Source: Camelus ferus
Taxonomy: Eukaryota
Length of the DNA stretch: 64,000 nucleotides
Reading direction: 5' to 3'
Assembly: GCF_009834535.1 (NCBI RefSeq)
Contig: NC_045725.1
Coordinates: 19,840,001-19,904,000, forward strand
In this document: positions 36,707-47,445 of the stretch, one piece after another
How the letters are laid out: the number at the start of each line of letters is the position of its first letter
How positions within the stretch are numbered: the stretch's first letter is position 1
Notes under the pieces: generated by a model
What the model saw: only the letters and a program-made list of their open reading frames with translations
What the model was told of the DNA's origin: nothing
The model's database searches: none
Position numbers and translations under genes: made by a program

Positions 36707-39700
36707 AAATTTTAATTAAATAAATGGAGCTTGAGTCTCCCCCTTAGCATCCAGGAAGCTGCTGGTGGGGACTGAAGGGAGGGTATACAAAAACTTCCCT
36801 TTTTGTTTTCCTCTGACATACCTAATGCTTCACTTAAGGGCCAATAAATGTGGGTTAACCAACAGAATGAAAAAATGGCTCCATTCTCCCCTTTGGGGAG
36901 TGTTGGGTGGCTGTTGGAAGGCGGGGTGTAGCAGTGCCCTCCAAACAAAGGAGCTGCTGCCTGAAAAACAGTGCTCAGGGGCCGAGACACGATGGCATCC
37001 ACCCTGCAGACTGGGGCCCTGTGATGTCTGGCACCATCGTGATTTTAGGTCTCCTGTCCCACCATCCACGCCGGCACATTCAAAGAGGACAGGCCTGGAC
37101 TCCGACCTCTGGTTCCCGTAACACACCCACCGGAAACCCAGAACATCTACAATTCCGTCCTTTCAGAACCTTCAGACCTAGAACAGTGAGGCCACCAAGC
37201 TCGTACTCAGCCCTGAGAAGTGACTGACAAGCAACATTCCAGGATATGACCTCTGTGTCACTCCCGGGTCTGTACAGCAAGGAAGGGGCTTCCAAAGGAC
37301 TGTTTTTGGAGTGAGTATGATTTTTCTGGTTTTCGGAGGCAGGAAAACAATGCTCACTAAATGGTTCTCATACACCGTGATTGAGACTTTACTCTCTCAA
37401 AATGATTCCTAACAGTGATGCTGCGGACATCAGGCATCAGATCGTCACAGCCTTCACCCTGCCAGGTACAGAGTACACACAGGGCAAGACAGAGCTGACT
37501 GGCCCCTGCCTGCCAGGAGTTTACAGAATCTTGGTGGAAACCAGCACTCAACAAACATCAGAAATGGCACAATCGAAAAGCACCATGAAGGCAAAGCAGA
37601 GCCCTAAAGCAGCACAAAGGCAGAGGACAGAGAATGCAGGCAGGACATGGACAGAAGATGCTCTGAGGAAGGATGCACAGGACCAGGAATGAACCAGGGC
37701 ACACCATAAACAAACATTCACCCGTAACATGTGATAGAAAACCAACATGTATTTCTGCTTGCACAAGACCTAAATAGCCATTTTCATAAGAAGAGACAAA
37801 GGATTTCATGCCTTTTTTTGATTATATCCTTCCTACTTTGACTTCGGATAAGAAACATGGAAAAGGTCCAAAAGTTTTAGAACTAAGTGATTTGGAATTC
37901 TTTTTGTATCAAATATATAAAGAATTAAAAGGGGAAAAAATCCACTCTTAAATGTGTAATTCATTTTAGAACCAACTTTATATGTTTAACTCCAATGAAT
38001 CCAAGATGAATTGGTTTGTGAGCAAACTAAATTAGGCATAGAGGTGCTCCATGTCCTCTACAGCTTCAGAGTTTCTGGAATTTAACAAAGGTATCTGAGA
38101 TTAGACCTAATTCTTAAATCCTGTTGGTTTTAAGATCTAAACATCAAATAACGTTATCAGCATATCCCTGCTGTTTGATGACTTGCTGAGAAAGAAAAAG
38201 AATGTGGATAAGGTTAGAGACTTAGACTTCACTAGAGAAAACAAGATATGCGCTGGGATATTCAGTTGTGGAATTTTGTATACAGATTTCAAGGCATCTT
38301 ACTGATTTTCAGAATATCACTAATTTCCACTGCCTTTTACACGAAGTACATATACCATGTACTCCCATGTCTTGAATAATCAAATTAAGGCAAGAAATCT
38401 AAAGGCGTTTTCAAGGTCAGCGGCAACCCTGGGATAGGGCCCAGCTTTCCATACATCACACACACACACACGCTTGCCCAGGAGACACTAATGAAGCCAC
38501 TGCTTTAGACCTGGGCTAGCTCCCAGAAAGAAAAGACAAATCCTTCCTGATCACCAATGTTGAACTTCCATTTAAGGGGAAAACTTCAGCCTTAATAACA
38601 AGCATTTGTGTTGACATCACTACCTCATTCAAAAACAGAAGATCTTGGTAAGATTAAGGGGGGGAAAAAGTTTGCAATCACCAAACATCCTATTCAAAGC
38701 AGCAAAGAGGCCAAAGGCAACAGATACTGTTCTCCTTTGTCATGGTCAGAGATGCCCATTAGGTATTAGCTATGGGTTATCATATTAAGGTTGTTCTATC
38801 CTGCGAGAAACTTTATTTCCGCTCATTTTCATTTCTGTCAGACTTTCCATTATAAATTTTATTTTCTCCGCCAGTTAAAAAAAAAATAGTATGAGGCTGC
38901 AATTTGGCAAGAACATTTTTAAGCCTGGGTGTGATTTCCGTACCCCAATTTGATTTAAATTAGTTTTGCCATATTTAGTGAGAACATTAAAAAGTCCGTT
39001 TGGCCGCTTTGGTTTCTATTGGTTTGTTTTTTACACAATTTCAAAAGACTGAAAAGGTCACCGTGTTCATTTCTGACAATTTTACATGGAAATGCATTAA
39101 TGAATTCATATTGACCCGTTACTAGTTTTAATGAAAACAACTTAATGGATAATAAAGAACCTGCCAGCTTTTGTTTTTCGGCTAAAATACCCACTTTTTA
39201 AAAGTCCCACGCCTATCACTATCAGTGGTAAATCCTCCAGAGACAGGTAACAGATGTATATATATTTTTTTAATTTGACGCATTTTGAAGTTACAAACAT
39301 TTCACAATAATAATGCATTTCTCTGGGTAGCATTTGGCTACCTGTTGCTTACGATCCTTTTTCTCTACAGGGAACAAAAGGCTTCTGGCACTGCAGAAGC
39401 AAGTTGACATTGTAACAGTGATCATCCCTGTAAGTCCACAGGATACATTGTTACGGCACCATAAAGCAGTTTTTGGAGCTCCTTAAGGCATATCCTCTAA
39501 AGGCTTCCCACCCGGCATCTCTACAAGGTAGTAAACAGGAGAAAACCAAAAGCTCCCCCTCTGTGAGTCACTCACCTCGCCACACAGTGGGGAATCATTT
39601 CAGCTGTGATCTGCTATTTAGACTTGAAGCCCAAGATACCGACACTCTGCCTTTCTCTTTGGTTTGCATAGCTGGTGCTGGAGACAGGGATTCAAAAAAC

Positions 39701-40824
39701 AATTCGGCACAAGAGAAACTCATTCACTGGAATGAGACTCTATGGTCTGTTCCAGTCTCGAATTTCACCGAGAGCAGAAATTCAGAATATGCCCCCTTTT
39801 CCTCTCCAGCCCTGATTTCCTCGATCGGGGAATTTCCAAAATTGTGCTCTTTGCTTTCTCCTGAAGCGATCCCACCGTTTACAGACACTGCTGAGCCCAG
39901 GCTCAGCAAAGAGAGAGTCCGGACTTGCAAGACTCACAACCATGAAGCAGAAATAAGAATGAAAGGATCGCCACGCTCCACAGCTCTGTGATGAAGACTT
40001 TTCAAGAAAAGCGCATGCAGCCGTACACAACCTACTTGTCCTGGACCTGAATGTCTCAAAACGAGACATCCCCGAGGCCCAGAAACGCAGCCATCACATG
40101 CCAGTCCGTCCACCTCTCCTCCACCCTCCGCCCCAGGTCCACTTCTCACCTGGTGTCTGCCCCCAAAAAGGTTAACTTCAGTTGCACCCGAGGGAAGTAT
40201 TTCCCACGCACCGAGGGAGGGTCTGCGCCCCTGCACACGCACTGACAGACTCACACCGTCTGGGTGACGCTCTCACAAGTCAAGGGGCCCGGCGTTTACT
40301 CAGCAGAGGAAATCTTTGTGTCTGTGAGGAATCACGCCAATTCCTATCAGGAAGAAAGGACACAGGGGCGAGGAAGCCTATTCTCTCATTGACCAGAAAA
40401 ACAGGCCCAGCGAAAACAGACACCTCTGCCATGACCATCTGCGAAAGGGAAGGACTGTTGTCAACTTTCTTCGCCCCCCAAACTCGAAAGACCTGTGCCT
40501 TGACCCTCAGCAGCCAGATCCACAGGAACAGGCCGGAGTTGAGAGCTTTATACCAGAGACCCGCACTCCGAGGCTGGCTGCCCGAGCCAGCAGCTACCCC
40601 AAACATTTGCACTCACATTCCAAAGATGTTTCCGTTGCGCTGCAAGGGCTGTAAATTTCTTTCCTGCGGAATTCTTTCCAAGCAAACTGCCGTAAACTGT
40701 GCTCTGCAGCAGGAGCTCTGAACCCAGCCCCGTTCACCTCATCACAACAAATCTCTCAGATGCCGAATATGACTGCATGGGTGGCTGGGCCAAAGAAGTA
40801 AACTTTCAAAATGCAAATATACCC

Positions 40825-40841
40825 GGGGGGGGGGGGGGGGG
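40825..40841 (+). repeat. G17 homopolymer
   Basis: 17 consecutive G residues seen directly. Confidence 0.9.
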
Positions 40842-41415
40842 AACCAAGCACAACTCCGCCAGAATTCCACCTTTCAAGATAACGTGACTGACACTTAAAG
40901 GAAACGTCCCCCACGGGCTCTATTTCTTTACTAAAACTGTTCGCTTACATTTTTCAGGATCCATTACACATGTTGTTTACAAAAATCAAAATGGATCTTT
41001 TTTTCTCCCCCCATATCACTGAAGAAAATGGGAGGGTGAGAGGGTTCCAGACAGCAAGCATCCCCTTTCCAGCACAAAAAGAACTCACATTCTGTTGGGG
41101 TGAACACTACAACACGGGAAGGCTTTGAATCTGAAAGAGGATTATTAAATTCTATCAAGAGTTTTCCAGAGGAAGAAACCAAGGCACTTATAAAAAGAAA
41201 GTCTACATCTTAAAGGGGAAAAAAAAAAAGATTTTAAACATGTGATGAGTACTGATGCTGAAATTTAAAAGAAAGCGTCCATAAAAAAAACTCAATTGTC
41301 TTGAAACAAAGCTTACACTTTTGGCTATTGATAGTATTTTTAGAACTGGGCTTTCTCTGGAGAGTTGAAGTATGCAAATGCAGAGTGCCCAGAGACACGC
41401 ACACACATGCTATAC

Positions 41416-41659
41416 NNNNNNNNNNNNNNNNNNNNNNNNNNNNNNNNNNNNNNNNNNNNNNNNNNNNNNNNNNNNNNNNNNNNNNNNNNNNNNNNNNNNN
41501 NNNNNNNNNNNNNNNNNNNNNNNNNNNNNNNNNNNNNNNNNNNNNNNNNNNNNNNNNNNNNNNNNNNNNNNNNNNNNNNNNNNNNNNNNNNNNNNNNNNN
41601 NNNNNNNNNNNNNNNNNNNNNNNNNNNNNNNNNNNNNNNNNNNNNNNNNNNNNNNNNNN
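41416..41659. other. Assembly gap (244 N)
   Basis: N-run after a short CA repeat. Confidence 0.99.
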
Positions 41660-42029
41660 CCGAACCCAGGATCTGACACATGGCTGCACGAAGCATTTCC
41701 AGCGTTAAGAAATTCTTAAGTTCTTAATTGCAAATAAACTCTTTTGATAGAACCGCTTTACCTGGCATCGCCGGTTTGCAAACAGTGCCACTGGTACCGG
41801 CTGACGGATTAAAAATACAACAACAAGCCAGGGAGTGCAGTTCTGATACGATAAGGTGTCTATTACTTCCATGCTCTGGGTTATTTCATTACTTTTTAAA
41901 AGAGACAGGCACCGGCAGACTCCCAGTCCATTCATGCCACAGTCTACAATGCAGCATCTAATTTACAAAACAAACGGATTTACCAGGTCAGTTCTCTCAA
42001 CCCTTCCCCAAAACGAGATTCTCACTTAC

Positions 42030-42094
42030 CTGGTGGCAACCCTGTAAATTTGATTCTCTCCCATAAGATGAGTATGAGCCCCTTTCTGTTTTAC
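42030..42094 (-). other. Candidate 65-nt exon (probably non-coding/5' UTR)
   Basis: Acceptor TTTACACTTTTTTTGTTGTTGTTTCTCTTGGCAG| with a branch-like TTTAC (A at -31); donor CAG|GTAAGT. Length is not a multiple of 3. No transcript evidence is available. Confidence 0.45.
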
Positions 42095-42245
42095 CTGCCA
42101 AGAGAAACAACAACAAAAAAAGTGTAAATTGTATTTTTCCTTTAAAAAAAACAAAAAACAAAAAAACTCCTCCAGGTAACAGACATCTACTTCTCTTCCC
42201 CGATGTTTACATACGTAAAGTAGGCACGACTGGCAATGTCTGCAA

Positions 42246-42394
42246 NNNNNNNNNNNNNNNNNNNNNNNNNNNNNNNNNNNNNNNNNNNNNNNNNNNNNNN
42301 NNNNNNNNNNNNNNNNNNNNNNNNNNNNNNNNNNNNNNNNNNNNNNNNNNNNNNNNNNNNNNNNNNNNNNNNNNNNNNNNNNNNNNNNNNNNNN
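42246..42394. other. Assembly gap (149 N)
   Basis: N-run. Confidence 0.99.
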
Positions 42395-43907
42395 CTTATT
42401 TTCGCAATCTTTTTCTCTCACAAAATTTAAACAATTTCATTTTTATTTACACAGCAGGCAAATTATCTATGTAATGACCCTAGCCTAGTCATTCCCATTG
42501 ATTATATTGACACTTAATGGTGGGGCCAAAGCTAATCAATCAGGGCTCTCCAGATGGTGAATAAAGCAAAGAAACTACTCAAATTTCTAGGTCTCTCTCT
42601 CGCTCTCCCCCCACCCCCGCTCTCATTTAAACTCCTTTTCCCAGGAGTAAGGCCCATCATGATCACGATGATGATGGAGTTTACGTGGGGGAGAGAGGGC
42701 TTTCGAAAAACTGCCCACGCCGACCCAACTTCGGGTTCTACCAGTAGACCCAGCAGAGCAAGGGATAATGGAACGTCAATGTCTTGTTCCAATTCTAACC
42801 ACCCACTTTTTTAATCTGTAGACTGTTCGGTATAAAGGCTCAGATGCTATCTGGCCATGTCTAAGGATAAAAATCAAGGATGCCCATTTGGTTCTTTTAA
42901 AAGTATGTTTAGCCTTAATAACTCACAAGGGAGACAATGAAACCACATGGCAAGAGAGCTGAGCAGGAGAATGTACCTAGTGAGACACAACGAGTTGTTA
43001 TGGAAAACAGTCCACACAAGGACATTAAAAAGGGCCCGTGCTGCCCATGTGCCCAGAACACAAGCCTCACCCTACTCAGGACTGAAGGATACGTTTTTCC
43101 TTCATGGCTAGAGCTTAAGGTACGTTGTCTTTTACACCAATGACGACACTATACTTTTTCCCAATGGGAAAATTCCAATCTAGTATTTTGAGGGGCTGAA
43201 TGGATCTTTCTAAGCTTACGAAGCCCAAGTCTCTCCCCCTCAACTCAAGTTAGCGCAAATGTTAGAAGTAGCAGTGTTCATTTTCATCTTTTAGTCCAAT
43301 GACGTGTAGAGTACGTCTTCCTGGCACCACAGAAACAACGTATCTTCGAGAAACCTTACAACCTGGCCAAAGGTGCACCTTGCATGGAAGTCGCTACATA
43401 CATAAAATGGAAGATGATTTCCAAAGAAAGCCAAAACTGGGTCTTAAAATTAAGCCTCTCTCCCCAGCATTAACTTTTCCACTGACTTCAATGAATCTCA
43501 AACTTGGGAAAACAGCCCGCCCCACACACACCACCAACTTCTGGTACAGTGTTTAGTGCAAAGTAGAAAATCCATTATCAGTTTCAATTCCAACAAAACA
43601 GGACACCATCTCACATACTGTCAGTCGTGGGAGGTCCAAAAGAGTAACTTTCATTGTATGAGGATTTTGCATTAAAGAAAAGATGTATTCGCCTGTTTCC
43701 GAAGTATACATGGTCAAAAAGACAAATTTACTCTTCTGTGTAAGTCAGATGAAAGCTACTTGTACCCTTTAACTTCTTTTCACAAATACTAACCAAAAAA
43801 AGCTCGATCTTTACAAGCAATCAAATGATGTATATCCTTCCTTAAGCTCTTGCATCTAAAAAGCTTCAATACAACCATGACATAATTCCCTTTGACATAA
43901 TACTCAC

Positions 43908-43919
43908 CTGTTTAACAAG
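43908..43919 (-). other. Candidate 12-nt microexon CTTGTTAAACAG
   Basis: Upstream is an ~80-nt AG-free pyrimidine-rich tract ending TCTGTCTGCCTTTCAG|; donor is CAG|GTGAGT; TGC lies at -10..-8. Confidence 0.3.
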
Positions 43920-44494
43920 CTGAAAGGCAGACAGAGAAGGAAGGAGAAAGGCAGACAAACAAACAAACAGATAGAAAGACAGATAGATAAGGTCAAATTT
44001 ACTCTGACTTCCTAGGAAGTTGAACATCTAGTGTCCTGTTTTTGGTAATTTCTAAAAATTGGATTGTGAAATACAGTTTGAAGGAAGAAAGGCTACCCAT
44101 TTCTCTCTCTAGAAGGAGTTACTGAAGGTACCCCCTCTAGAACTTCACCACCTGGCATCATTTCCCAACTCAACTCCAGCACATAGACCTGGAGAGATGA
44201 ATTTTCCTACCAGGATTTGTCTCAGTTCATTTACATATATATATGTATGTATGTCACCATTTATGTATATATAAAGTTAGGTCGATTCCTTTCATTATTT
44301 TAAAATTAGAAGGGGTCAGTGCAAATAGTAAGCATATGAGTGAGTGAGAGAAAGAGAATAAATATGAATAATAATAAACAGGAGAGAGAGGAAAGAGAGT
44401 GGACTGGAAAGAACAGGGGCTAGGAAAGGAGAGGAGGGGAGGGAGGGGCGAGCAGAATATGAATTCATGCTGCACAGCGTCCCCCAGGTCCTCT

Positions 44495-44778
44495 NNNNNN
44501 NNNNNNNNNNNNNNNNNNNNNNNNNNNNNNNNNNNNNNNNNNNNNNNNNNNNNNNNNNNNNNNNNNNNNNNNNNNNNNNNNNNNNNNNNNNNNNNNNNNN
44601 NNNNNNNNNNNNNNNNNNNNNNNNNNNNNNNNNNNNNNNNNNNNNNNNNNNNNNNNNNNNNNNNNNNNNNNNNNNNNNNNNNNNNNNNNNNNNNNNNNNN
44701 NNNNNNNNNNNNNNNNNNNNNNNNNNNNNNNNNNNNNNNNNNNNNNNNNNNNNNNNNNNNNNNNNNNNNNNNNNNNNN
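44495..44778. other. Assembly gap (284 N)
   Basis: N-run with GC-rich flanks. Confidence 0.99.
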
Positions 44779-47279
44779 GGCTGGGAGGTGCACTTTTTTT
44801 TTTTCCTTTTTTTTTTTTTTAAGGATTATGCTCCTTGTAAAGATTTCATCTGTAACATCCACTTTTACCATCAAATAGATTGCTCCAGAGATCATCAGTG
44901 AATGCGTCTCATTCTGATAGTGTAAGCCTTTAACTTTATTACATCTTTTTGTTCCCAAATTCAACTATAAATCTGTCCTCAGAGTCCAAACCCTTGTTTG
45001 GGAGCAAAATAATCAGGGATTGTGGATAAACCCAAGCACCTTCTCAAATGTATCTATTCCTCTAATTTCCTAATGACCAAAAAGCAGCCATTTTACAATG
45101 ACACCTCAGTTTCCAGGGGGAAAAAAAACATATAGATCTTTTGTGTAAATTGTCCATTGAAAATTAGCTATGGTCTTGATGTCGATCTTCTGCTTAAAAT
45201 GCACAGGAACATTTGCTTCAGATAATAAAATTTTCAAGAGCCCTGATAGCATGTTTGAGTAGGATTCTTAAGTCACTATCTGTGCTCTCAAACACAAAAG
45301 CTCCCAAAGACATGTGTTTACTCTACGTCAGGCGTGGGTTTTTGTCACTTAGACCCACTGGCTGGCGCGGACAGCTTCTTTCCTCCATTCTTCTCCCCCC
45401 ATCCCCACAACCACAACAGAGCTTTGAAAGAGCTAAAGATGCTGTTTGCCCCAATATTTAAAAGAGATAGCTGTGATGAACAAACCGGCGCGATCACTGC
45501 GGAATTTTCGAGACAACCCTCCGGTACTGGAACACCACAGCCGCTGCGGATATTTTTTGGCACAAAGACAACGGTGGCCGTGCCAAGCCCCATGGCTAAA
45601 ACTACTCCAAAGAGGCATAAGGGTAGCATTAATCGCTCAAGTCTTTTACTGCATGGAGTACTGTTGTCCATATTTTAAAAACTAAAAGTACCCATTAGTA
45701 ACATTTGTCGTATGCCCACCAAGAGGGTGGGGGGACAACTCTGAAATCCATACCAGAAACAAATCTTGTCAAGCATTTGATTCATTTTTATACCTAAAAG
45801 GACCAAATGTTAAATTTTGCTGCTGGTGACGATCTGCCGTGCATGCAACGAATAACGTGACCTAGTGGGGGGACACTGAAGGCTGAATGAAAGCGACAAG
45901 AGAGGATTTCATAAACTAAGTCGACATATTGGCTAAACAACTTTCTTCTGCAGAAATGATGTATACAAGGAACGTGTAATGCTATGTCACAATTTTTTAA
46001 ATGAAACCAGGAAAACGCTGTAAATGAGCAGACACAACAACCGTCAATCAACCCTTCCAGAGACAAAGGAGATCAACACGCAGCCCCTTCTCCAGAGCAA
46101 GTCGGCATCTACAGGGAGCAAGCAATCCGGAAAGTCAACATGTGTTTTGTCCAAATTGAACCCATCAGCTGCTTAAAAAAAAAAAAAAAAAAAGGGAAAA
46201 AAACCCGCTATATTTAAATTTGATTATTAAAAAATGGCACCAATTGGCAGTCAATAAAGGAGTCACTTGTTTCTCCTGTTGCCCTTGAAAAACTCAATCT
46301 GAGCAGAAAATGTAAGCTACTTCCAGTTATTTTAAAGGCCAATCCTTTTGCTGATTTATTCAACCATTCTTCATTTTGCTGCCCCAAGGAGGATAAGGAA
46401 AAATGTTTTTACTTTTTGAGGGCAGTATGATGAACCAATGTCTCTATAATTCTAAATTTAACACTTTAAAGTCTTACATAATTTTCCATTTGACTTCTAA
46501 TTTTATTTCCAACATATCCATAGTATCCTGTTGTAAGGGAATGCCATGGGAACTGGATGAGAATGAAAATGTTACATGAAGGAAAGAATGGCCTCGAAGT
46601 TCATTCATTCACAGAGATACACCTAAGAAGTGTCACCTTCAGTAGGTTACTACACCTGGACAGTTCCAATCCACTTGGAAAGAATGAGAGACAGACAAGA
46701 ACAACTGATCCACAATGATTCCTGGAGATAAGCTGTGACATAGATGATCCAGCCCAGTGGTGGTTGACCAGCAGGATAACAAGGTCAGGGGTGGGTTTCT
46801 AGCCTTTCATTCTTCAAAGGCCCACTTTTAACATTACATACAAGTGGTAGGTACTTCACTCACCACTGGAAAAGATGTGCCTCTACAGTGGAACATATCA
46901 TCCTATGAGAAACCTTGATAAAAAATAATCTGATGCTGCAGGACAGTACTGAGCAAGGCTGTTCCATTGTCAATCCTCATTCTGGAACTGAAGAACAAGC
47001 CTTCTGTTCCTGCCACGAGACTGAGGAACTCATCACAGTCACGTATGAATCAGAGTAAATCTCTGTCCCTGTCCCCAACCCCAACCCATCCCTGGTTACC
47101 CTATTAATTTTTTTTGGCATATTGAAAAAGAGTATTTTTCATTAAACAATAACTGGAATAGAGGTTTTGAAAATACACATGAGGTTATTATTCACGGTTC
47201 TTTTCCACGCCTTTTTCTTCCTTGCCCACATGAGAATACCTGAGTCCTTTCCTGTCTTACCCACTGTGCAAAGGGCTTT

Positions 47280-47445
47280 AGTAGACTGATTTATTCAGTC
47301 CACACAACAGGTAATATAAACACCATTTTACAGATGTGAAAACTGAGATACAGTACATTGCCCAAGGTCACAAAGTCAGTAAGTGTTAAAGCCAGGACTC
47401 AAACCCAGGCAGTTTGATCACACAGGCTGGGCTCTTAGCTCTATT
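47280..47445 (-). mobile_element. MIR SINE
   Basis: CCATTTTACAGATGTGAAAACTGAGATACAG...TTGCCCAAGGTCACAAAGTCAGTAAGTGTTAAAGCCAGGACTCAAACCCAGGCAGTTTGA is the MIR core. Confidence 0.8.

Noticed and set aside
39473-40721. Cluster of 95-179 aa ORFs on both strands
   Set aside because: Overlapping ORFs in a locally GC-rich, stop-poor stretch; no homology recognised and no supporting gene structure.
42532-42814. Two antiparallel 86-aa ORFs of equal length
   Set aside because: The equal length is coincidental; neither peptide is recognisable and the region looks like non-coding regulatory sequence.
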